Source: Dehalococcoidia bacterium
GTDB lineage: Bacteria > Chloroflexota > Dehalococcoidia > Bin125
Reading direction: 5' to 3'
Assembly (NCBI GenBank): GCA_963663235.2
Contig: CAXXNO010000012.1
Location: forward strand, 256,001-320,000
Length of the DNA stretch: 64,000 nucleotides
In this document: piece by piece, positions 40,576 to 50,020 of the stretch
Layout of the letters: the number at the start of each line of letters is the position of its first letter
How positions within the stretch are numbered: position 1 is the stretch's first letter
The notes under the pieces: generated by a model
Told to the model about the DNA's origin: nothing
Databases searched by the model: none
The model's input: only the letters and a program-made list of their open reading frames with translations
Made by a program: the position numbers and the translations under genes

Positions 40576-41826
40576 ATGCACATTATGTACTTCACCGAGC
40601 AACCGGATTCGTCCTATCCGGCGGAGGAAGGGGACCGGCTCGGCTACACGGCCCTGCTCTTTCCCAACAGCAACTTTGACCCGGAGGCCGTGAGCGAGCT
40701 GTACCAGAAAACCCTCACGGAGTACGTCCTAGCCGAGGACGTGGGCTTCGACGCGATCATGCTCAACGAGCACCACAACGCCCCCTTCTGCCTCCAGTCC
40801 AAGTGCAACATCTTCGCCGCCATCCTGGCGGCCAAGACCAAGCGGGTGAAGATCGTCCTGCTGGGCAACCCGCTGCCCGTCAACGACAACCCCGTCCGCC
40901 TGGCCGAGGAGATCGGCATGGTGGACCTGATCTCGCAGGGACGCGTGGTGTCCGGATTCGTGCGCGGCGGCGGGACGGAGCAGATCTCCACCAACGCCAA
41001 CCCGGCCTATAACCGAGAGCGGATGACCGAGGCCCACGACTTGATCATCAAAACCTGGACGGAGCCGGGGCCGTGGCGATGGGAAGGCAACCACTACCAG
41101 TTGCGCGTGGTCAATCCTTGGGTGATGCCGTTGCAGAAGCCGCACCCGCGGATCTGGATCCCGGGCGTCGCCAGCAAGGAGACGGTCGTCTGGGCCGCGG
41201 AGCACCGCTACCCCTACATCGCCCTCCTCACCAACATGGACACCACCCTCAAAGTCTGGAAACTGTACGACGAAGCGGCCCGGCGTGTCGGCTATGAGGC
41301 CGGGACGGAGACCAAGGGCTATCAGCTCCGCGTCCACGTCCAGGACACGGAGGAGCGGGCGCTTCGGAACGCCGAAGAGTTCAACTGGATGCAGGGCGAG
41401 TTCCTGGGCGTCACCCACCCCGTCTGGCACAACCCCGCCGGCTACGCCTCCCCCATCTGGCGGCGGCAGATGGTCGAGATGGCCAACGGCCGGCGCAAGA
41501 ACGTCGCCAACGTGGCGCACAACACGCTCCAGGACCAGATCGAATCGATGCAGCTCATCGCCGGGACGCCGGACCAGGTCATCAAACGGTTCCGCACGAT
41601 CCTGGAGACCGTGCGGCCCGGCATCCTCGGCCTCTACGCCACCGACGGCAACGTCAGCCACGGCGACAACATGCGCTGCATCGAGCTCCTGGGCAACGAC
41701 GTCCTGCCGGCGCTGCGCGACATGGCGGACGAGTTCGGCCTCAACAGCCCCTTCGACGTCAACGCTCCCGTCAGCCTGGCCGCCACTCCCAAGGAGCAAC
41801 TCCAACCCCAGCTGGTCGGGGACTAG
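40576..41826 (+). CDS. LLM class flavin-dependent oxidoreductase
   Basis: [41 protein letters not shown]. Confidence 0.92.
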   Translation: MHIMYFTEQPDSSYPAEEGDRLGYTALLFPNSNFDPEAVSELYQKTLTEYVLAEDVGFDAIMLNEHHNAPFCLQSKCNIFAAILAAKTKRVKIVLLGNPLPVNDNPVRLAEEIGMVDLISQGRVVSGFVRGGGTEQISTNANPAYNRERMTEAHDLIIKTWTEPGPWRWEGNHYQLRVVNPWVMPLQKPHPRIWIPGVASKETVVWAAEHRYPYIALLTNMDTTLKVWKLYDEAARRVGYEAGTETKGYQLRVHVQDTEERALRNAEEFNWMQGEFLGVTHPVWHNPAGYASPIWRRQMVEMANGRRKNVANVAHNTLQDQIESMQLIAGTPDQVIKRFRTILETVRPGILGLYATDGNVSHGDNMRCIELLGNDVLPALRDMADEFGLNSPFDVNAPVSLAATPKEQLQPQLVGD

Positions 41827-41850
41827 ACCGCGTCGGGAGGCCGCCCGTCG

Positions 41851-41877
41851 AAGCCCCATCGACTCGGCGGGGCTTTC
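41851..41877 (+). terminator. Probable terminator hairpin
   Basis: AAGCCCC...GGGGCTTT after the LLM stop. Confidence 0.5.
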
Positions 41878-42057
41878 GCGCCCTCGCATGCCGCGCCGCC
41901 TTGCCGCGCAACAACAGGGTCGCGCCGTGGATCGTTGCTCCCCGACCGTCGACAATGAGGCCCGCAGCGCTCCCTGGGGGGAAGCGCTCTCTCGAGCCGG
42001 AAGGCCGTCCGCGGCGCGTGAGCGTCGCCCGCCCGGGCGCGAAGAAGCAGAGGAGGC

Positions 42058-42729
42058 ATGAGCAGCGTGCACGCCCACCCCATTACACGGACGGGCGCCG
42101 GCATCGCGATGGTGACGATCGCCGCCGCCGCGGTGGTAAGCGGCGTCCTCATCCACAATCCGCACGCCTCAGCGCAGGAGGGCGACGCCGTGGACGTCGC
42201 CCTGGCCGACTTCAGCATCGATCCCGCCGCCACGACGGAGGTCGCCGGCCATGTGACCTTCGTCGTCAGCAACGGCGGCCTCGGGGAGCACGAGTTCCTG
42301 GTCGCGCGCACCGATCTCGCGGCCGACGCCCTACCGCTCACGGCGGGCGGCGCCGAGGTCGATGAGGCCCAGCTTGACGTGGTGGCGCGGATCGAGCCGT
42401 TCGCCGCCGGCGACACCCACTCGGTCACTGCGAATCTGGACCCGGGAGCCTACGTGCTCGTCTGCAACCTCCCCGGCCATTACGAGCTGGGCATGCGGGT
42501 CTCGTTCTCGGTGACGGCGCCGCCGCCGGAGTCGCAGGCGCCGCCGCCACCCCCCGCCGAGCCACCCGGCCCCACGGCCGATCTGCTGTCGGAAGGCGAT
42601 GGCGGCGGCCTCCCGGCGGCCGCCTGGTTCGGCCTCGCCTTGATGTTCGTCCTCGGCGGCGCGCTGATCCTCCTCGCGCTGGCCTATCTCCGGCCCCAGG
42701 CGCGCGAACCAGACGAGGCGCAGCACTAG
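42058..42729 (+). CDS. Exported type-1 blue copper (cupredoxin/sulfocyanin-like) protein with C-terminal membrane anchor
   Basis: Signal peptide ASA-Q, HEF, CNLPGHYELGM, Pro-rich linker, TM. Confidence 0.88.
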   Translation: MSSVHAHPITRTGAGIAMVTIAAAAVVSGVLIHNPHASAQEGDAVDVALADFSIDPAATTEVAGHVTFVVSNGGLGEHEFLVARTDLAADALPLTAGGAEVDEAQLDVVARIEPFAAGDTHSVTANLDPGAYVLVCNLPGHYELGMRVSFSVTAPPPESQAPPPPPAEPPGPTADLLSEGDGGGLPAAAWFGLALMFVLGGALILLALAYLRPQAREPDEAQH

Positions 42730-42781
42730 GCGCGCTCGCGATCGCCTGAGGGCGTCACCGATCGGCGGAGCGTACGCATCA

Positions 42782-42808
42782 CGCAGGGGAGACCCACGTC
42801 CCCCTGCG
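42782..42808. terminator. Hairpin between convergent genes
   Basis: CGCAGGGGA...TCCCCCTGCG. Confidence 0.45.
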
Positions 42809-42891
42809 CGCCTCCATCACAAGGCCCTCGAGGACCGTGCCGCACCTCGGAACCGCCGCCCGAGGCCCCGCGCGCCCTCAGAAGCGGGTGA

Positions 42892-43359
42892 CTAGAATTC
42901 CGCCATGCGCTCCTTGACCCAGCCGTTCTCGTAGCGGGTGAAGAAGCCCAGGTGGATGCGCACCGTGTCGCACAGCCACGTGCCGCTGACCTTCTTGTAG
43001 GTGTCCGAGTAGGTGGCCGCGAAGAGGGTGGCGGAGTCGTTCACCGTCGCCGGCATCCAGATGTACCAGGTGGCCTTCGCGTCGACGCCGTTGTCGTCCA
43101 CGTCGATGATGTGCCCCAGCGTGTAGTGCAACGCGAACGTGTAGCTTGAGGAGACGTCCTTGAAGAAGTCGTGGATCTCCTTCTTCCCTTTGAGGTGGAA
43201 GCCCAGCTCGTCGGCGTCCCAGTGCGCGTTCTCGGTAAACAGATTGGAGAGACCAACGGGTTCGTAGTCCTCGTCACACAGCTTCGCATACTTCTGCTTG
43301 AGCGTGCGGATCTCCTCGATGTCCTCTAGCCGTTGAAGCCGCTGCTCGACCGTAGCCAT
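42892..43359 (-). CDS. SnoaL/NTF2-like family protein (LinA/BaiE-like)
   Basis: RLQRLEDIEEIRTLKQKYAKLCD, LFTENAHW, LHY, YSDTYKKVSGTW. Confidence 0.85.
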   Translation of the reverse strand: MATVEQRLQRLEDIEEIRTLKQKYAKLCDEDYEPVGLSNLFTENAHWDADELGFHLKGKKEIHDFFKDVSSSYTFALHYTLGHIIDVDDNGVDAKATWYIWMPATVNDSATLFAATYSDTYKKVSGTWLCDTVRIHLGFFTRYENGWVKERMAEF

Positions 43360-43461
43360 TGCCTATCCTTCCTCTGACCCTAGACCGTCAAAACTCATGG
43401 GAGAGGAAGGCTAGCACTCGCCATCCCCGTGGGAAAGGCGGGCCGGCCGGGGCTGCGGTCG

Positions 43462-44049
43462 CTAGCCCCCTTTGAGGGCCAGGTTGTAATCGCGCCGCTC
43501 GGCGACGAGCGGTCGGGCGATCTCGACCCCTGCGCGGATGGCGTCGCCGTTCGCTTCGATCAGCGCTTGCCGGTGGGGCGGCAACATCTCCGGCAGCGCC
43601 TCGATCAGGCTCTCCACCCGGACGATGCCCGAGGCCTCCACGAACGCGCCCAGCGCGAGCATGGTCGCCAGCATCACGTTGCCCAGGTCCTGTTCCGCGG
43701 TGGCCGTAGCCGGGATCGGCATGAGAGAGACATCCGGTCTCTCGGGAAGCTCGGAGGCCAGCGTGCTGTTGGCGACCATGATGCCCCCGGCCTGGACGAT
43801 GCCCCCGAACCACGTCGCGTGCCGCTGATCCATGGCGATCGCCCCCCAGGGCTCGTCCCGCACGGGCGACAGCACCTCCTCGGTGGCGATCACCACCGTC
43901 GCGTAGATCGCGGCCCCGCGCACCCCCTGGCCGTAGATGTTGTTCTGGTAGGCCCGCTTTCCCTCAAAGCCGGCCGCCTGCGCCAGGATCTGGCTGGCCA
44001 GGCGGATCCCCTGCCCCCCCATCCCGCCGAGCATCACGTCGATCTCCAC
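43462..44049 (-). CDS. 2-oxoacid:ferredoxin oxidoreductase gamma subunit
   Basis: GGMGGQGI, YGQGVRG; GTG at 44049 with SD AGGAAGG. Confidence 0.9.
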   Translation of the reverse strand: MEIDVMLGGMGGQGIRLASQILAQAAGFEGKRAYQNNIYGQGVRGAAIYATVVIATEEVLSPVRDEPWGAIAMDQRHATWFGGIVQAGGIMVANSTLASELPERPDVSLMPIPATATAEQDLGNVMLATMLALGAFVEASGIVRVESLIEALPEMLPPHRQALIEANGDAIRAGVEIARPLVAERRDYNLALKGG

Positions 44050-44090
44050 GGCGCCCTTCCTCCGCTCTGAAGCCTCCGGCGGCCGGCGGC

Positions 44091-44864
44091 CTACGCCAGC
44101 GGGGAGCTCTTGATCTCCTCCACGGGGTAGACCGGCAGCATCTCCTCCTCCATCCACTCGATCGCCTGGATGGGGCTCATCTTCCAGCCGGAGTTGCAGG
44201 TGGAGAGGATCTCCAGGACGGACATCCCCAGGCCGCGCTGCTGGTTCTCGAACGCTTTCTTGATCGCCTTCTTGGCCTTGGCCACGCTGGCCGGGTTGTG
44301 GACGGATGCGCGGGCCGCGTACGTCACCCCGGGCGAGACGGCCAGCGTCTCCGTCATCTTCATCGGATAGCCGTGCTCCTTGGCGTCGCGCCCCTCCGGC
44401 GTCGTCACCGTCTTCATCCCCAGCACCGACGTCGGAGCCATCTGCGCCCCAGTCATAGCGATGGAGGAGTTGTTGAACCAGAAGAGCGAGATGCGTTCGC
44501 CGCGCCAGGCCGCGTTCACGGCCTCTGAAACGCCCTCGGAGCAGAGGTCGCCATCGCCCTGCACCGTGAACACGATCTTCTCCGGGTACAGCCGCTTGAG
44601 CGCCGTGGCCACCGCGGGCGCGCGACCGTGGGGCGCGCGGATGCCGTCCAGCTCCAGCCAGAGATGCCCGGCGCAGCCGTTGCCCGCCACCACGATCGCA
44701 TCCTTGGCGATTCCCATCTCGTCGATCGCCTCGGCGAAGATACGCGCAATGATCCCGTACGTGCAGCCAAAGCAATAGCTGTTGGGACTCTCGGACAGCG
44801 ATTCGGGCTTGGCGAAGACCTTGGTCATCCCGCCGGTGTCGACTGCGATCGCTTCGTCGGTCAT
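44091..44864 (-). CDS. 2-oxoacid:ferredoxin oxidoreductase beta (TPP-binding) subunit
   Basis: YCFGC, HGRAPAVATA, QGDGD...NN, MTGAQMAPT. Confidence 0.92.
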   Translation of the reverse strand: MTDEAIAVDTGGMTKVFAKPESLSESPNSYCFGCTYGIIARIFAEAIDEMGIAKDAIVVAGNGCAGHLWLELDGIRAPHGRAPAVATALKRLYPEKIVFTVQGDGDLCSEGVSEAVNAAWRGERISLFWFNNSSIAMTGAQMAPTSVLGMKTVTTPEGRDAKEHGYPMKMTETLAVSPGVTYAARASVHNPASVAKAKKAIKKAFENQQRGLGMSVLEILSTCNSGWKMSPIQAIEWMEEEMLPVYPVEEIKSSPLA

Positions 44865-45967
44865 ACGGCTATCCCCGTTTCCTCCGCTACTAGCTCACTC
44901 ACGGCGTCGCTGATCTCGGCGGGCGTGGGAACCACGCCGGCCTGCCGCCCGAAGAACCGCACGGGCACCCGCCCCTGGCAGGCGCGCTCGACGTCTTCGA
45001 TCATCTGGCCCAGGTTCATCTCCACCACCAGGATCCCCTTGACCTGCTCCGCCGCCTCGGCGATGGCCCCAGAGGGGAAGGGCCACAGCGTCTGGGGGCG
45101 GATCAGGCCCAGGCGGATCCCCTCGCTGCGCGCCCGCTCCACGACGGTCTTCGCGATCCGCCCGCACGTCCCGAACGCCACCACGGCCCACTCCGCGTCG
45201 TCCATCTGCACCAGCTCGACGCGAGTCTCGTTCTCGGTCATTCGTTGCCATTTCTCGCCCAGCCGCCGGGACTCCTGCTCATACACGGCCACGCCCTGGC
45301 CGGTGAGATCGCCGACGGGCCCGGCATCGTCGTAGCTGCGCCACTTGGGCACGCCGTCGCCCACGGCCCAGTCCTTGGGCGGCAGCGGCTCATCGATCGG
45401 CGGCGGGTACGTCACCAGCTCCGAGGACTGCGCCTGGATCACATCGCCCAGCAGCACGACGGGCGTGCGGTACTTGTCACCCAGGTGCAGCCCCAGGCGC
45501 ACCATCTCCACCGCCTCTTGCAGGGTTGACGGGGCCAGCACCAGCATGCGGGCGCCGCCGTGGGGACCACTCTTCGTCATCTGGAAGTAGTCCGCCTGCG
45601 AGGGCCCGATCCCGCTGTTACCCACGTGTCCGCGGCTGTGGTTGATCAGCAGGCAGGGCAGCTCCAATTGCACCATGTAGGAGATGCCTTCCATCATCAG
45701 GCTGAACCCCAAGCTGCTGCTGTTGATCGCGCAGCGGAAGCCGCCCGCCGATGCGCCCATGAGGTAGTTGATACCCTGCAACTCGCCTTCGGCGTGCAGG
45801 AACACGCCGCCACGCTTGGGCAGCTGGGTAGCGAAGTACTCCAGTGTCTTCTCGCCCGGGGAGATCGGGTAGCCGGTCGCGAACCGCACCCCGTAACGGA
45901 TGGCGGCCTCCGCCACCGCCTCCCCACCCACCCAGAGCTTCGGCCGCTCGCTGCTCGGCTCGCTCAT
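44861..45967 (-). CDS. 2-oxoacid:ferredoxin oxidoreductase alpha subunit (VorB-like)
   Basis: GYPISP, GFSLMMEGISY, PSQADY, RPQTLWPFP, VEMNLGQM. Confidence 0.92.
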   Translation of the reverse strand: MSEPSSERPKLWVGGEAVAEAAIRYGVRFATGYPISPGEKTLEYFATQLPKRGGVFLHAEGELQGINYLMGASAGGFRCAINSSSLGFSLMMEGISYMVQLELPCLLINHSRGHVGNSGIGPSQADYFQMTKSGPHGGARMLVLAPSTLQEAVEMVRLGLHLGDKYRTPVVLLGDVIQAQSSELVTYPPPIDEPLPPKDWAVGDGVPKWRSYDDAGPVGDLTGQGVAVYEQESRRLGEKWQRMTENETRVELVQMDDAEWAVVAFGTCGRIAKTVVERARSEGIRLGLIRPQTLWPFPSGAIAEAAEQVKGILVVEMNLGQMIEDVERACQGRVPVRFFGRQAGVVPTPAEISDAVSELVAEETGIAV

Positions 45968-45980
45968 GGTCCGGCCGCCC

Positions 45981-46220
45981 TCAACTCACGGCCACGCGCT
46001 GCCGCGGCTCGCGATACACGTCGATCGCCATATCTGGGCACATGCGCCCGCAGATCTCGCAGCCCGTGCAGCCCTCCCGAGCCAGCACCGCGACGCGGTA
46101 TCCCATGCTGTTGGTCTGGTGGCTCAGGTCGATGACCTGCTCTGGGCAAAAGATGACGCAGAGGTCGCACCCTTTGCAACGCTCAGGGTCGATCACGATC
46201 GTGCTGCGCAGCTTCGCCAT
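45981..46220 (-). CDS. 2x[4Fe-4S] ferredoxin (oxidoreductase delta subunit)
   Basis: CKGCDLCVIFCP, CTGCEICGRMCP. Confidence 0.93.
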   Translation of the reverse strand: MAKLRSTIVIDPERCKGCDLCVIFCPEQVIDLSHQTNSMGYRVAVLAREGCTGCEICGRMCPDMAIDVYREPRQRVAVS

Positions 46221-46341
46221 CGATCACTCCTACCACCGCAGCGATCCGGGAAGCGCGGGCCGCAACTCTGCGCCGCATCATAGAGGGGCGTGCCCGCGCC
46301 TGTCGAACGGACAAGCCGCCGGCCTGCTAGGCTGATCGACC

Positions 46342-47166
46342 GTGGAGTCGCTGGACGGCCGAGCGGAGCGATTCGGTCGCCTGACGCAAGGCGGCGATGA
46401 GAGCGTCGACCTCGCCCGGGCCGCGCTGGTGATCGGCGCCGTGGAGCGCCCGGACCTGGACGCCGCGCCGTATCTGGCGCTGCTGGACGAATTCGGCGAC
46501 GGGGTCCGCCGGCGGGCCGGCTCCACCTCCGATCCCGATCGCTTGGCCGAGGCGCTCCGCGCCCACCTCTTCGACGATCTCGGCTTTCGGGGCGACGAGC
46601 AGGACTACTACGACCCTCGGAACTCGCTGCTGGATGCCGTGCTCGACCGACGCCGCGGGCTGCCGATCACCCTCTCGGTGCTGTGCTTGGAGACGGCGCG
46701 GCGCGCCGGCCTAGAGATGGTCGGCGTGGGCGCGCCGCAACACTTCCTGGTCAAGTATCGCAACGCCCAGGGCGACCAGTTCCTGGACCCCTTCAACGAG
46801 GGGCGACGGATCCCCATCGGCCCGCTCCGCGAGCGAATCGCCCAGCTCTCCGGTGAACATGCGGTCGATGCGATGCTGGCGGGCGTGACCAAGCGGCAGA
46901 TCCTCGCCCGCATCCTGGTTAACCTCAAGGGCGCCCACCTGCGCCGCCGCGGCTACGACCAGGCCCTCCTGGTCTCCGACTACATCCTCGCCATGACCCC
47001 GTGGGACTTCCCGGCGATGCGTGACCGCGGGCTCCTACAGCGCCAGTTGAAGCGGCCCATCGAGGCGCTCGCCGACCTCCACGCCTACCGTGAGAACGTC
47101 CCGGATGCGCCCGATCACGCTCAGGTCGATCTGGTGATCCGCGAGCTGACCAACGAACCGGGGTAG
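46342..47166 (+). CDS. SirB1/YchA family transglutaminase-like TPR protein
   Basis: GFRGDEQDYYDPRNSLL, RRRGLPITLS, HFLV, RDRGL. Confidence 0.9.
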   Translation: MESLDGRAERFGRLTQGGDESVDLARAALVIGAVERPDLDAAPYLALLDEFGDGVRRRAGSTSDPDRLAEALRAHLFDDLGFRGDEQDYYDPRNSLLDAVLDRRRGLPITLSVLCLETARRAGLEMVGVGAPQHFLVKYRNAQGDQFLDPFNEGRRIPIGPLRERIAQLSGEHAVDAMLAGVTKRQILARILVNLKGAHLRRRGYDQALLVSDYILAMTPWDFPAMRDRGLLQRQLKRPIEALADLHAYRENVPDAPDHAQVDLVIRELTNEPG

Positions 47167-47259
47167 AAATCCACCTCAAGGGCCCGGATGAGGCCGGGCA
47201 AGCGGGGAGCCGCAACACGGACCGGGCGGGCGCGGCGGGGGACACGGCCTTCTACGCGT

Positions 47260-47332
47260 GCCCCCGTAGCCCAGTTGGATAGGGCGACGGTCTGCTAATC
47301 GGGAAGCGCGGCTCCAAGTCCCACCGAGGGCG
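47260..47332 (+). pseudogene. Degenerate full-length tRNA (Arg-like)
   Basis: Acceptor GCCCCCG/CGAGGGC, intact D arm GCCC-AGTTGGATA-GGGC; broken anticodon and T arms; no CCA. Confidence 0.7.
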
Positions 47333-47458
47333 CGCATTATCTGTCGTCGCTGCCCCAGCCACCGTCATCCAGTATCGAACCCGAACTATTTAGGGCAACT
47401 CTTGCTCTGCCTCGACTGGGCCTTCCTCTCCACGGGCGACGCAGCCTGCTGCTTTCGC

Positions 47459-47665
47459 CTAGGTGAGGAACTCCTGGGCGGGGCCGGCCTGCCCATCATC
47501 GACGCGCCGATCGAAGCCTCGGCAGGCCAGCACCGGCAGCGGCGGATACTTCGCGAAGCCGGGATCGCTGTCGGATCTCCCGCAGCGCAGGAAGTGCGAC
47601 CCCTTGGCGCTCGCAATGACTCGCGCCCACGCGCAACGACCGCAGAGCCCCGGATCGACATCCAC
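47459..47665 (-). CDS. Small 4-Cys hypothetical protein
   Basis: GLCGRC...FLRC...DPGFAKYPPLPVLACRGF. Confidence 0.65.
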   Translation of the reverse strand: MDVDPGLCGRCAWARVIASAKGSHFLRCGRSDSDPGFAKYPPLPVLACRGFDRRVDDGQAGPAQEFLT

Positions 47666-47758
47666 ACGGGCAGTGTAGGCGGCGGGCCCGCGCTGCTACG
47701 ATCGTGCCCGGTCCGTGCTCGCACCCCAGGACCGCGCGGATCGGGAAGGATACGAGCG

Positions 47759-48562
47759 ATGCCGGTCAACCGATCGGGCCAGGTGCACACCACCATCGAC
47801 GAGCGAGCGGAGGCCGGTCGCATCGCCCGCGTCACGATCGACTACAGCGAGCGCCTCAACGTCCTCAACACCCCCATCATCAACGACCTCACCGCCACGC
47901 TGGCCGATCTCGCCGCCGATGAGGCACTCCGCGTGCTCGTGCTCACCGGCGCCGGCGACCGCGCCTTCATCGGCGGGGCGGACATCTACGAGCTGGTCGA
48001 ACTGGACAGCTCGACGGCGGCGCCGTTCGTCACCCGCCTCCACGGCCTCTGCACCGCAATCCGGGACCTGCCCGTCCCTGTCATCGCACGCATCGGCGGA
48101 CACTGTCTCGGGGGTGGTCTGGTGGTGGCCGCCGCCTGCGATCTGCGCGTCGCGGGCGAGAACGCCACCTTCGGGATGCCGGAGGTGCGGGTGGGGCTCC
48201 CCTCGGTGGTCGAGTCCGCCCTCCTGCCCTCGCTCATGGGCTGGGGCAAGGCTCGGGAAGTGCTCTACACCGGCGACGCAATCCCGGCCGCGGAGGCGCT
48301 GGCCTTCGGCCTGGTCGAGCGCGTCGTGCCCCCCGACCAGCTCGACGACGCTGTCGAGCGCTGGATCAGCTCGATCCTTGCCTCGGGCCCGCGCGCGGTT
48401 CGAGCGCAGAAAGCGTTGATGCGCCGCTGGGAGGCGCTGCCACTCGGTGACGCGATCACCGCCGGGATCCCGTTCTTTGTAGATGCCTACCGCAGCGACG
48501 AGCCCCGCACCTACATGCGCCGCTTCATCGATCGACAGCGGGGTCGGAGCGGCCGCCGCTAA
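47759..48562 (+). CDS. Enoyl-CoA hydratase/isomerase (crotonase) family
   Basis: RAFIGGADI, GHCLGGG, FGMPEVRVG. Confidence 0.92.
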   Translation: MPVNRSGQVHTTIDERAEAGRIARVTIDYSERLNVLNTPIINDLTATLADLAADEALRVLVLTGAGDRAFIGGADIYELVELDSSTAAPFVTRLHGLCTAIRDLPVPVIARIGGHCLGGGLVVAAACDLRVAGENATFGMPEVRVGLPSVVESALLPSLMGWGKAREVLYTGDAIPAAEALAFGLVERVVPPDQLDDAVERWISSILASGPRAVRAQKALMRRWEALPLGDAITAGIPFFVDAYRSDEPRTYMRRFIDRQRGRSGRR

Positions 48563-48734
48563 CCGCACTCGTCTTGTGTCTGATAGTGCAAGTTGTAGGA
48601 ATGCCCACCATCACGACGTTGACAGCCGAGCATACGACCACGGTGTCGCTACCGAGTTGCCAAAGCGCCGGCCTAAGCGCAGACCGCGGACCCGCGGGGA
48701 TCGGCCTCCACCGCCGTGGGGCCGCAGCGCCGCG

Positions 48735-49973
48735 CTACGACGTGATCACACCCTCGATCACCAACTCGGCGATCCGCTCATCGTCGTAGCCCAAGCGCTC
48801 CTTCAGCACCTCTCCGGTGTGCTCGCCCAGGTCGGGGGAGTCCCGGCGGATGGTCGCCGGCGTGCGCGAGAGCGTCACGGGGTGGTTCAGCACCTTCACC
48901 ATTCCATAGTGGCGGTGCTCGTAATCGATCAGGTAGTCGTTGGCGATCACCGCCGGGTCGTTGGGCAGGTCGCCGATGTGCTGCACCCGCGCGTAGATCA
49001 GGTCCGGGTTGCGGTCCAGCCGCTTCTCCCACTCCGCCCGCGGCGCCGTCGCAAAGTGCGCGTCCAGGATCGTGATCAACTCCTCGGTGTTCTCCTTGCG
49101 CAGCTCCATGCTGCCGAAGCGCTCGTCGTCCAGCAGGTCGGCGCGGTCGATCGCCTCACAGAAGCCCGGCCAATGCCGCTCGGCGTCCACAATGCCCAGG
49201 CTGATCCACTCGCCGTCGCCGCACGCATAGAGGTTCCACAGCGGATTGCCCGCGCGCTTGCGGTCGAACCGGGGCCAATCCTCGTACCCCTTCAGCATCG
49301 AGACCGCGACCCCCCAGTAGGACAGCCACATGTTGGCGTTGATGTGGGAGACCTCCACCTTCTGGCCTTGTCCCCCTTGCAGCGCGCGCTCCGCCACCGC
49401 GGCGAGGATGCCGTAGGCCAAGCACGTCGCCCCCATGACGTCGGCCACCCCCATGGTGTTCCAGTTGGGCGGGTCCCCGGGCGACCCCATGGTCCACATG
49501 AAGCCGGAGCGCGCCTGCCCCACCGCATCCAGGGCCGGCTTGTGGGACTCCGCGCCCTTGAAGCCGTAGCCGGAGGTCGAGGCATAGATCAGCCGCGGGT
49601 TGGTCTTCGAGAGCACGTCCCAACCCAGCCCCATCTTGTCGAAGGCGCCCGGCCGGTAGTTCTCCAGGAAGATATCCGCGTCCTTGATCAGCTCTTTGAA
49701 GATCGCGCGCCCGCTCTCCATCTTGAGGTTCAGGGCCAGCGAGCGCTTGTTGCGGTTGAAGCTCTGGAAGGCGGCGCTGCGACCGTCCGGCATCAGGTTG
49801 TCGATCCCCGCCACGTTCATGACGTGGCGGGCGGCGTCCGGCCGGTCCGGGCTCTCGATCTTGATGATGTCCGCTCCCAGGTCGCCCAGCATCATCCCGC
49901 CGATGGGGCCGAACCCCCAGGTGCTGCATTCAATCATCTTGATGCCGGACAGCGGCAGTCCGTTCTCGGTCAT
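48735..49973 (-). CDS. CaiB/BaiF family III CoA-transferase
   Basis: LGDLGADIIKIE, NRNKRS, ENYRPG, catalytic Asp in GVADVMG, LGEHT. Confidence 0.94.
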   Translation of the reverse strand: MTENGLPLSGIKMIECSTWGFGPIGGMMLGDLGADIIKIESPDRPDAARHVMNVAGIDNLMPDGRSAAFQSFNRNKRSLALNLKMESGRAIFKELIKDADIFLENYRPGAFDKMGLGWDVLSKTNPRLIYASTSGYGFKGAESHKPALDAVGQARSGFMWTMGSPGDPPNWNTMGVADVMGATCLAYGILAAVAERALQGGQGQKVEVSHINANMWLSYWGVAVSMLKGYEDWPRFDRKRAGNPLWNLYACGDGEWISLGIVDAERHWPGFCEAIDRADLLDDERFGSMELRKENTEELITILDAHFATAPRAEWEKRLDRNPDLIYARVQHIGDLPNDPAVIANDYLIDYEHRHYGMVKVLNHPVTLSRTPATIRRDSPDLGEHTGEVLKERLGYDDERIAELVIEGVITS

Positions 49974-50020
49974 CCCTCACTCCTTCGCGCCGGTCACAGG
50001 TGCGAGTTTGCTCGTTAACG

